Below, in pieces: positions 6,701 through 13,304 of a DNA stretch of 13,880 bases (the stretch's first letter is position 1; the number at the start of each line of letters is the position of its first letter). The stretch lies in the UHGV virus genome UHGV-1775278; one strand, written 5' to 3'. The translations under genes were made by a program, and so were the position numbers. The stretch comes from a virus. The notes under the pieces are model-generated. The model made no database searches and had not been told where the DNA came from. It saw nothing but the letters and a program-made list of their open reading frames with translations.

Positions 6701-9700
6701 ATCATCTGCCACTTTACCGCCAGCTACTTTTGGCAGGGCATCAGCAATAGCTTTTACCTTGTCTGCAAGCTCAACGGGGAACTGGAATGTAATCGCACTG
6801 GCATACAGATCAGGATCTATAGCAACCTTATCCATGTCGCGGATGATGGAGAAGATGAAATCATCCGGTTTTTCGTTTGTGATATGCCCGTTTTCATCGA
6901 CCGTCAGCGCATCTTTACTACTTAACTCCTGTGCACGCTTACGAAGTTCTTCGTAAATGGCCTCTTGCTCTCCTGTCATCGGGATCTGCAAGGTATTCTC
7001 GACAATATCAGGGATTTTTACCGTCGCCCCGACGTCCGCAGCAGTCTTCAGAGTAGTCCAGCGATGGAAAATACCACGCAGACCATCCAGGTTCTGGAAG
7101 CCCACCAGCCCCTGCTTCTCTTCCACCTCACCGGAAATTTTCTGAACCTGAACTGTGGCTGTTTTACCGAACACGCGAACGAAATCATCCGGCGTAACAA
7201 TACCCATGCGCATCCACTCTTCCTGCGGAATGACAGTAGACAGCATGTTGAAAGCATCAATCGGGCTGTTCACCAGCGGTGTTGCCGTCAGCATAACCAC
7301 ACCACGCCCGTTGTTGCGTTTCATCATGTACGCAGCTTTTACAGCCATATCACGAGCCATTTTGGATACTGCCGGGTTAGGCAAATATGCCAGTTGCCCC
7401 GCTTCGCGCCCGGCGCTAAAGGAGTTGCGGTAGTTATGCCCTTCGTCGGCAATTACGCTATCGAAGTTCATATCCTCAAAGTACGGGATATTCTGCTTCT
7501 TCGTTGTACCGGTATTTGCGGCCTGGTCCTTAATCTTGTTCTTCTTCTGCGCGTCACGGTGTTTGCCAGATGCCAGGTCAAGACGCCCCATTTCCACAGC
7601 ATTAAAGACCGCTTGCTGTGAGTTTTCCTCAATGGTTTCTTCTCGTAGCGGGATAGACGCGAATTGCTCTTTTGTCATGATGACCGTTCGCCAATTTGAC
7701 GACGGGATCATGTTCATGCGCTGAACGATAACGGCGCTGGCGGACTCTTTCACAACATTTCTGGTAAGAGCCTGCCCGTTACTGTCGAGGCGTGGTTCGC
7801 CATTTTCATCAAGCACCGGCGCGGTCAGAATATTTCCGCTGTCATCACGAACTTCATCCAAACCGATAAACATCATATTAGCGAAGGCATCAGCACTGTA
7901 GAAACTCTGTGCCTCGTGATACCAGTTCTGATAAACCGCCTTCGGAACAACAATACACGTGCGTTTAGTGCGACCTGTTTCGAAGTTATACGCCTCAAGC
8001 GCAAGCGCGGTCGTGGTTTTACCCAGCCCGGTGCCAAATCCCATGATGCCGCGCCCATCTTCTGATAAGCGACGAACTTCTTCATTCTGATAAGTCAGAG
8101 GAATGCGCTTCCCACTAATCCCCTCCAGGCCAAGCGGTGCGTCAGAATGCGTAAACGGGATGAAGCCATTAAATGCGTCGTTATAGTCGCGGGCTATCTG
8201 ATCAGCCTGCGGGTGAGTGCGTAACCAGTCGTTGAAGCTAATTTCCAATTGAGCAATCTTATCCAGGTACTCGTTAGCGTTCTGCCCACGCGGTTTAATG
8301 CCGTTCAGGTAGTTTTCTAACTGGTTCAGGAAGCCGTCTTTATTGTTGGCCTTCTTGAACTCATTCCCGTTTTTGCCGTTTACGGTTCGTAGTTGATAGC
8401 CAGTAAATACCCCGTCCTTACCTTCGTAATCGTCCGGAGATACCAGAATGCCGTCCTCAACCTTAAGGTCGGGTTCTGTATACTTAAACTCGTCATAGCC
8501 CTGCTCTGCCAGGAACTCTTTTATCAAGCGGCGATCCAGCCAGCGGGCGTTCAGATTAACGGTGACTTTATTTAGTGGCGTGAAAATGCGTTTCTCTTCG
8601 ATTTTCGCCAACTGACGCTCAAAGTTCGCTTTCTGCTCACCTGTTGACGCATCACGCCAGCCCACCAGCAATGCTGTTTTGGTTGCAATATCGCCGCTGG
8701 TGGCGCGGTCCATCGGCAGCAGGCAGCCATACCCATCAATAGCGATATCATCAAATTTCGCCAGGTATTCCAGAGCAGCATCGTCGTCTCCTGGCAGTTC
8801 GCCAGCAAACGCCTCACGAAAATCGTCCAGTGTGATTGGATTAAGTGCCACGTCACTGAAAAGGTGGGTTACAACTTGTTCCGGGCGTGTAAAATCAATA
8901 CCGGCAGCACCATCCGTTACATCAAGTCGTCCAGCAAGGAGGTCAGAAGCAGAGCCGTCCTGTTTCACGTTGCCAGTGAAAGTCATCCAGTTTTTAGCGC
9001 CAGCTTCAGCAATCCCATTCAGCTTAATCGCGTGCGGCGGACCATACTTCGCAATTTCGGCTTCCGCCAGGCGCGCGGCATCAGCAAGTTCATCATCAAC
9101 ATTTTCCCCCAGATTACGCTTATCAAGCGCCTTGTTGATCAACTGCCCTATCAGTGCGCCGCGCATAACGCGTTCTCTGTCTTTTTCTCTCTGCTTGCCA
9201 GCAAAGCGAATCATTGCCGCTACTTCATCACTGATAACCGATGGATAGTCGGACGCGATCGCCGATATCTGGTCCCATGACAACGCCAGAATGCCATTTG
9301 TTGACTGAAACGCGATCTGCAGATCGCCAAACGTCGAAACACCATATCGGCTTACATCAAGCGCGGAGGATTTGGTTGTCGTGTCCTTGACCCATTTCAG
9401 GCCATCAAACTCATGCCAGATGCCGCCTACAAGGCGTTTATCGCCCACTTTCGCGCCCTGCCATGCCTGAGTAGTTACGCCGAGCAAATCCCAATTAATG
9501 CGGCTTTCAAAGCGGCGCGATAGAGCGGTTTTCATCGACTCATTGGATACACGACCGTCCTTTTTCACCACCAGGGTATTGCGGAAGCTGGTACGCTCCA
9601 TATCGCCGTAAACAAATCGCTTCCCTTCGGTTGTAAACCATTTTCCTTTGAGGAAGGTATCCCAAAGGACGTTTGCCGATTTGAGCGTCGAATCATCCGT

Positions 9701-10687
9701 ATCGGGGATCATCTCCAGAAAGGCTTCCGGGTGTTTACGCAATACCCATACGTCCACCACGGTATCTGTACCTGATTCACTGAACGTACCGGAAGGCATA
9801 CGATGCGCGCCCAAAAATTCCGCTTTACGGCTGACTTTATCGCGCAATTTTTTGTATTTCGTACCATCAGTCATGCCATTCGGCACCACCAATACGATAA
9901 GCCCACCAGGTTTAACCTTGTCGATCGTGCGCAGCACAAAGTAATTGCCAACGTTCTTCTCGTTTGCATATGCCGGATCAAGCCCTGCAACGCCGGAACG
10001 GCCTTCGCCAAACGGTACGTTACCAACAGCGTGATCATACATTGCGTCTTTCGCCGCCAGAGCCTCGAACGCCCCAATGTTCACATCGTCTTCCGGGTGC
10101 AACAGCTGGTTGATTCGACCGGAGATCGGAGACAGCTCGGCGCTGGTCATTATCATTCCCTGCCGTTTTGTCTCCTGGAAAATACCCGTGCCAGCTGATG
10201 GTTCCAGTACGTGACCGCCATCAATACCGTAGTCAGCAAACAGCTCCCATATACCTTCAGCCATAAACTGTGGTGTGTAGTATTCGTATTGACTGCCTTC
10301 GCCGTCAGTAAGGCCGCCTTCACCTGTATACCCTGCAAGAATCTGACGCTGTTCGTCAGTTAATTTCGCCCCATCGAATCCGGGCGGAAGGGAATTAAGA
10401 AGATCTACTGCGGCGTTGTTTGCTGCCCGCCGTGTTTTTTGAATGCTGACACCATCGACTTTCTTAACGCCAAAGGTCGCAACAGATCGCGGTTTATGCA
10501 ACCGACTAACAATTTCAATCAGCGCCCCAATGCTGGTGGCCTGGCTAATTGAATCAATTATTTTGTCCAAAGGAAGCCCCCTCAAAACCGTTAAATCCGC
10601 CTGTAGCGGTACGGTTTGAAAGGGTATGGAGTGTGTTAATTTGGAAGAATAAGAGCGGAAAAGGTCAGGCGATACGAACGAACTCAC
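3731..10687 (-). CDS. Giant fused N6-adenine DNA methyltransferase / SNF2-like helicase (2318 aa), DarB-like anti-restriction candidate
   Basis: Single 6.96-kb ORF. Codons verified by hand: methyltransferase motif I LEPSAGTG (10184-10207) and motif IV NVPFG (10007-10021); helicase Walker A GFGTGLGKTT (8012-8041), motif II DEGH (7436-7447), LTATP motif and motif VI QRNGRGAR (about 6017-6040). About 760 C-terminal residues have no recognised domain. GTG start with weak Shine-Dalgarno. Confidence 0.9.
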   Translation of the reverse strand: MSSFVSPDLFRSYSSKLTHSIPFQTVPLQADLTVLRGLPLDKIIDSISQATSIGALIEIVSRLHKPRSVATFGVKKVDGVSIQKTRRAANNAAVDLLNSLPPGFDGAKLTDEQRQILAGYTGEGGLTDGEGSQYEYYTPQFMAEGIWELFADYGIDGGHVLEPSAGTGIFQETKRQGMIMTSAELSPISGRINQLLHPEDDVNIGAFEALAAKDAMYDHAVGNVPFGEGRSGVAGLDPAYANEKNVGNYFVLRTIDKVKPGGLIVLVVPNGMTDGTKYKKLRDKVSRKAEFLGAHRMPSGTFSESGTDTVVDVWVLRKHPEAFLEMIPDTDDSTLKSANVLWDTFLKGKWFTTEGKRFVYGDMERTSFRNTLVVKKDGRVSNESMKTALSRRFESRINWDLLGVTTQAWQGAKVGDKRLVGGIWHEFDGLKWVKDTTTKSSALDVSRYGVSTFGDLQIAFQSTNGILALSWDQISAIASDYPSVISDEVAAMIRFAGKQREKDRERVMRGALIGQLINKALDKRNLGENVDDELADAARLAEAEIAKYGPPHAIKLNGIAEAGAKNWMTFTGNVKQDGSASDLLAGRLDVTDGAAGIDFTRPEQVVTHLFSDVALNPITLDDFREAFAGELPGDDDAALEYLAKFDDIAIDGYGCLLPMDRATSGDIATKTALLVGWRDASTGEQKANFERQLAKIEEKRIFTPLNKVTVNLNARWLDRRLIKEFLAEQGYDEFKYTEPDLKVEDGILVSPDDYEGKDGVFTGYQLRTVNGKNGNEFKKANNKDGFLNQLENYLNGIKPRGQNANEYLDKIAQLEISFNDWLRTHPQADQIARDYNDAFNGFIPFTHSDAPLGLEGISGKRIPLTYQNEEVRRLSEDGRGIMGFGTGLGKTTTALALEAYNFETGRTKRTCIVVPKAVYQNWYHEAQSFYSADAFANMMFIGLDEVRDDSGNILTAPVLDENGEPRLDSNGQALTRNVVKESASAVIVQRMNMIPSSNWRTVIMTKEQFASIPLREETIEENSQQAVFNAVEMGRLDLASGKHRDAQKKNKIKDQAANTGTTKKQNIPYFEDMNFDSVIADEGHNYRNSFSAGREAGQLAYLPNPAVSKMARDMAVKAAYMMKRNNGRGVVMLTATPLVNSPIDAFNMLSTVIPQEEWMRMGIVTPDDFVRVFGKTATVQVQKISGEVEEKQGLVGFQNLDGLRGIFHRWTTLKTAADVGATVKIPDIVENTLQIPMTGEQEAIYEELRKRAQELSSKDALTVDENGHITNEKPDDFIFSIIRDMDKVAIDPDLYASAITFQFPVELADKVKAIADALPKVAGGKVADDADEAEEDGAGGLVSTRTSKVVKTTFSEHPSHVEIRAGIELEAEILKAIAAAGIDMQQVSHPIPPKYAALIENLREGLKNGKQIVFIDEKAQHQKLRRIIASALQMPEQEIGIINATTVSQAGGVKLKKVNKPTEPTPNKNGEYKEGAWETYYSKLAQYEDYLSAKNDAGLEGMEGIAADYNEGRTRIIICNKKAEVGINLHIGTTDIHHLTLPWTPASIDQRNGRGARVGSPQEKVNVHYYCGKGTFDDFRLDTLKRKKDWINMVMTSDMSEIANGDADDADERAIMLAANPEERRAIMSRQAQEREERLKLKALREANNALDNYLKAANAAGKDIGMMETELKSAMEQVEHYQRNLDDLIKAGTNRNGQKYVLEQLRDYRKRVRELRFAITRAKDADTVMKRSRGDLERAIKAGVLELDADVLQNPQEYVRTEKNILLHKDSHYRAIIDENHNTTAIVRVTAIDAERGGCTCRISWLDVASRYSRSPGTALFLPFNLIIESVTFEEGVAESRETAARGVQCHQLSTTLTRDQFYDAIRNGVMNVTAGKPGRVWGGGSAIKYWAYRTDDGQIALSSAYDGVIGQKIGRASDIAPERWIYPDGNDEALKREVAKIQASDNPLNVVDGEGFLQALYGYDYIQGMQAWGAQATMDDVSQEFENWMAGRGLSSRSLNKVTSEDILSLFRKPSGEGLESFWKTVVAYRLFQGRMKAFSNTDDIERMFNQVKAAKITAKIEKTRAALVAWRDALFEQYKSLSDADGWSALEQLANNGVDGAKLAIVQADNPLDSPAAQWIKVGAVINAFDEKHISKDDFADAVSVNRLVEMATRRARELKDGDYVNELPDALKSATWQDYVSLKNGGATESEIAERLEQAESKREEQAAVAEARADEAANDDYIIVVNDKPIRAKARVRGRWWSVSEDVGAVYLIADQPGSSTIRNAKDAIKKIGGRFWNFEANPVADVNFDRPAWMVSTRYSVDELRKIIADAA

Positions 10688-11009
10688 CGTCTATTGCGTG
10701 TTCACCCCCGGCATCATCTCGCATAACAGCACACTGACCTGGAAGGCCATAACGAACAACCATACAACGAACACCATCGCCACAACCGCTCTGAGTCCTG
10801 TTTTGTCTCCTCTCATACGATTTTACCCGTTCAAGTGTTCGCCTTGTTGATTCGAGATAATACTGTTTGTCGATTGCATCCGTACTATGCAGCAAGTAAG
10901 CCACCCCGGACACATCAAACGGAGGCGATCCAATCTCCATTGTCACCCACTCACGGTTATCCGGTTCAAAGTAGCTGAGTATCTCTTTTTTTCTTCTTGT
11001 CAGTCTCAT
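10665..11009 (-). CDS. Hypothetical protein (114 aa) whose 3' end overlaps the giant gene start by 23 nt
   Basis: ATG at 11009 with GAGG 8 nt upstream. Sits directly downstream of the palindromic control region. The C-terminal third is low complexity, so the true extent is uncertain. Confidence 0.5.
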   Translation of the reverse strand: MRLTRRKKEILSYFEPDNREWVTMEIGSPPFDVSGVAYLLHSTDAIDKQYYLESTRRTLERVKSYERRQNRTQSGCGDGVRCMVVRYGLPGQCAVMRDDAGGEHAIDGEFVRIA

Positions 11010-11020
11010 GTTTGCAACCT

Positions 11021-11052
11021 CTTATTGTGGGATAGCTCTATCCTACAATAAG
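11021..11052. promoter_or_regulatory. 32-bp near-perfect palindrome (CTTATTGTGGGATAG ct CTATCCTACAATAAG), candidate operator
   Basis: 15-bp arms at 11021-11035 and 11038-11052 with one mismatch. Lies 12 bp upstream of the 114-aa gene start, in the divergent region between the giant-gene operon and the lysin gene. Confidence 0.6.
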
Positions 11053-11067
11053 AAACGTAACAACATT

Positions 11068-11083
11068 TATGATTTAAATCATA
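11068..11083. promoter_or_regulatory. 16-bp perfect palindrome TATGATTTAAATCATA, candidate operator
   Basis: Exact self-complementary 16-mer in the same divergent intergenic region, 16 bp from the 32-bp palindrome. Confidence 0.5.
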
Positions 11084-11243
11084 TGGTTAATTAATGAGAA
11101 AGCTCAAACATTCAGTATACGGTTAACACTCAACATGCCACGGACAAGGAAGGCTTAGGGGCGTACCGGGGTAAGAAAATTGCTGCCATGAAAATCACAT
11201 ACTCCCCATAGTTTATGTTCATTTGTTAATCAGAGGGGTAGTT

Positions 11244-11729
11244 ATGGTAAGTTCCGATCCTCGTTGGCTGATGGAAGCCCGTAAACATATTGGCCTGACC
11301 GAAATCAAAGGGGCTAAACACAATCCTGAAATCGTCCAGTTCTGGCGGGATATTAAACGCGGTGGGATTAAAGACGATGAAACTCCGTGGTGCGCAGCAT
11401 TTGTTGGCGCAATGTTAGAGCGTGTGGGTATCCGCTCAACAAGATTTGAGTCGGCAAAATCCTATCTGGATTGGGGCGAGAAACTGGATACACCAGCATA
11501 CGGATGTATCGTTGTATTTACCCGCGTAGGCGGTGGGCATGTAGGCTTCGTCGTCGGACGCCGCGCCAATGGCGATCTGCTTGTCCTTGGTGGGAATCAG
11601 GGGGATGCGGTGAATATTCGCGCATTCCCGACATCAAGAGTGTCGGGCTATCGCTGGCCTGCTGGCGAACCACGCAATACAGCTCTGTTACCAGTCGGAG
11701 ACGCAGCAACCTCAACCAATGAGGCATGA
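11244..11729 (+). CDS. Papain-like Cys/His hydrolase (CHAP / NlpC-P60-like, TIGR02594-type), candidate endolysin
   Basis: ATG at 11244 has GAGGGG 5 nt upstream; the ORF-track start at 11223 is a TTG with no Shine-Dalgarno. Candidate catalytic Cys in ETPWCAAFVGA and His in GGGHVGFVVG, spaced as in CHAP-type amidases. Only plus-strand gene in the window. Confidence 0.75.
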   Translation: MVSSDPRWLMEARKHIGLTEIKGAKHNPEIVQFWRDIKRGGIKDDETPWCAAFVGAMLERVGIRSTRFESAKSYLDWGEKLDTPAYGCIVVFTRVGGGHVGFVVGRRANGDLLVLGGNQGDAVNIRAFPTSRVSGYRWPAGEPRNTALLPVGDAATSTNEA

Positions 11730-11759
11730 AAAAAGCCCCGGCCAGGCCGGGGCATCACG
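11729..11759 (-). terminator. Intrinsic terminator for the minus-strand Rha operon (GC hairpin GCCCCGGCC a GGCCGGGGC followed by T-run on the minus strand)
   Basis: Perfect 9-bp arms at 11735-11753. The minus-strand reading is hairpin then TTTTTT. On the plus strand the hairpin follows the lysin stop but has no T-run. Confidence 0.7.
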
Positions 11760-11761
11760 CT

Positions 11762-11959
11762 TCAAGTCACGATCCAATCATTACCGACTATATCAGCCGT
11801 CGCTAAATCAACTTCCCGGATCTGGAGTCCATTAATACAAAACCACCCGGTAGTAGAGCAATTATCAGGCCAGGCCCATACACCAACACTCCATGCTTTA
11901 CGGCGGCACACTTCAGCCTGTCCTTCGCTGATTTTTTTTACCGCCTGCATGATGTCCAT
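11762..11959 (-). CDS. Small 65-aa protein, paralog of the 2152-2352 gene; tentatively DUF2829/Tad2-like
   Basis: ATG at 11959 has GGGGAGG 6 nt upstream and overlaps the Rha stop (TGATG). Carries the shared motifs GQAEVCRRKAW ... IVGNDWIVT. Last gene before the terminator. Confidence 0.55.
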   Translation of the reverse strand: MDIMQAVKKISEGQAEVCRRKAWSVGVWAWPDNCSTTGWFCINGLQIREVDLATADIVGNDWIVT

Positions 11960-12666
11960 CACTCACCTCCCCAACCGATCACCTGGAATTGCCCCATTTT
12001 GGGGTGATACCAGCGTTTTCCTCGGTGTTCAGCCTCAGACATCATCCGGTTAAAGGCATTCATAAAGGGAGATAAGGCCACAATAGAACGACGCGACAAT
12101 ACCCCCTCTGGCGTTAAAAACTCATGCGTATCGGTGGGGATACGGTAAGCATTGACCAGGTTACGGCATTTGGCTTCAGTCAGGCCGCATTTCGCCGCTA
12201 ACTGGCGGTAGCCAATGTAACCATCTGGCATGTTACCCTTCTTGATTTGCTCGACGGTTTCTACCACCTGGCTAACCTTTGACTCAACAACATGAAGCCG
12301 CTTTTGCTGCTGAACTGCATTTGCAGCCATTGCGGCGATCATCTCTATTTCGGTCAACGGCTGGCGTACTTGTTCTTCCAGTTCGCGCCAGCGGTCCACC
12401 AGCCGGGCGGTGAATTCCGGAGAGAGCTGCGCAACGACAATAATGCTGTCTCGTTTGCCTTGCTCGCCTTCGAAGACGTAAGCCTCGACACTACGGCGTA
12501 GTCCTAAGTTATTGATTTTTTCGAAAACCTGCAATGCAGGAAGTTGAATAACTCCAGATTTAGCCAGGCGCTCTATTGATATTTTTACGTTATCTGGACG
12601 ACTTCCCACCAGCTCCGCGATCTCAATGCTGGTCATTGATGGCTTTTCAAGAATGCAGATATCCAT
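11959..12666 (-). CDS. Rha-family phage regulatory protein (antirepressor-like)
   Basis: N-terminal MTSIEIAELVGSRPDNVKISIERL matches the Rha-family start pattern. Preferred start is the ATG at 12666 (GGAGG 7 nt upstream, ATGA overlap with the upstream ORF stop); the ORF-track start at 12711 has no Shine-Dalgarno. Confidence 0.8.
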   Translation of the reverse strand: MDICILEKPSMTSIEIAELVGSRPDNVKISIERLAKSGVIQLPALQVFEKINNLGLRRSVEAYVFEGEQGKRDSIIVVAQLSPEFTARLVDRWRELEEQVRQPLTEIEMIAAMAANAVQQQKRLHVVESKVSQVVETVEQIKKGNMPDGYIGYRQLAAKCGLTEAKCRNLVNAYRIPTDTHEFLTPEGVLSRRSIVALSPFMNAFNRMMSEAEHRGKRWYHPKMGQFQVIGWGGE

Positions 12667-13088
12667 CAGTGTGCCTCCGCAATTCCGGGATTGGTAATAT
12701 TGCGATACCAAGGATTAGTGTTTGGTTGTGATGAAGTAGAGAAACGGCCAGTCAGGACGCCATGTTGATCAGGGATCAGAGAACGGGCTTCTTTTTCAGT
12801 TGCGGCAATTGCGAAGTGATCACAGTGTTTTTGCAGGGAGTGGAAACGCCAGATAAATTCCGGGCGCGAGCAAGGATTGGCATTAACCATAGTTACGGCC
12901 TCATTCGTAGGTTTAACAACCTGCGCCCCGCTGCTAAACGGGTGGCAGGACGTGACGGGGTTAGCAGACTGGCACGAATGAAACCAGCAGGCCGAAGCCT
13001 CCCCATCACGCCCCACCATAATTCGGGCGTAACGTGGTTTTACGGACACAAAAATACCGCAATATCGGATATCTGCGGTTGTCCGCAT
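12666..13088 (-). CDS. Hypothetical Cys/His-rich protein (140 aa), uncertain
   Basis: Open frame between element copy 5 and the Rha gene, ending in an ATGA overlap with the Rha start. Six Cys and several His (CWFHSC, SCHPF, HCDHF). No convincing Shine-Dalgarno at either candidate ATG, so it could instead be a long 5' leader. Confidence 0.35.
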   Translation of the reverse strand: MRTTADIRYCGIFVSVKPRYARIMVGRDGEASACWFHSCQSANPVTSCHPFSSGAQVVKPTNEAVTMVNANPCSRPEFIWRFHSLQKHCDHFAIAATEKEARSLIPDQHGVLTGRFSTSSQPNTNPWYRNITNPGIAEAH

Positions 13089-13240
13089 TCGTATTCAGGC
13101 TGCTAAACCCGGTCGCAGAATTTGCTACGACGACATGAATATAAGCCTGAAAACATGGAAGATCAACTAAAAATTTCAGCAATGGATGACTTCAGTCGAT
13201 GATGCAGATCATACATTCCGATTTAGAAACAGCAAATTAA

Positions 13241-13250
13241 TTTTCTAACA
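13241..13250 (-). promoter_or_regulatory. Copy 5 of conserved element TTTTCTAACA, with inverted partner TTAGAAA 12 bp away
   Basis: Lies in the intergenic region between the stop of the partial gene (13305) and the 140-aa ORF / Rha operon. TTAGAAA at 13223-13229 is the reverse complement of TTTCTAA at 13242-13248. Confidence 0.5.
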
Positions 13251-13304
13251 CAAATTATCGGGCGAGCATTTTCCGATCATTGGGATGCTTTGTAGACACA
13301 CAGG

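Noticed and set aside
8312-8321. TTTTCTAACt inside the giant ORF (9 of 10 match to the conserved element)
   Set aside because: The last base differs, it lacks the AAATTA flank and lies in coding sequence; a 9-mer match is plausible by chance. An internal promoter cannot be excluded.
3811-10338. Many ORFs of 60-230 aa on both strands inside the giant gene (e.g. 6270-6956, 6965-7621, 8679-9248)
   Set aside because: All are overlapped by the 2318-aa ORF, whose motifs were verified codon by codon. They are Ser/Ala/Arg-rich, as expected for alternative frames of a GC-balanced coding region.
11471-11727. ORFs 11471-11722 (+) and 11518-11727 (-) within the lysin gene
   Set aside because: Shadow frames of the well-supported hydrolase ORF.
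12762-13106. Plus-strand ORF 12762-13106 (114 aa)
   Set aside because: Competes with the minus-strand 140-aa ORF; Arg-rich, antisense-like composition, and it would be an isolated plus-strand gene within a minus-strand operon. The minus-strand reading is preferred, though neither is secure.
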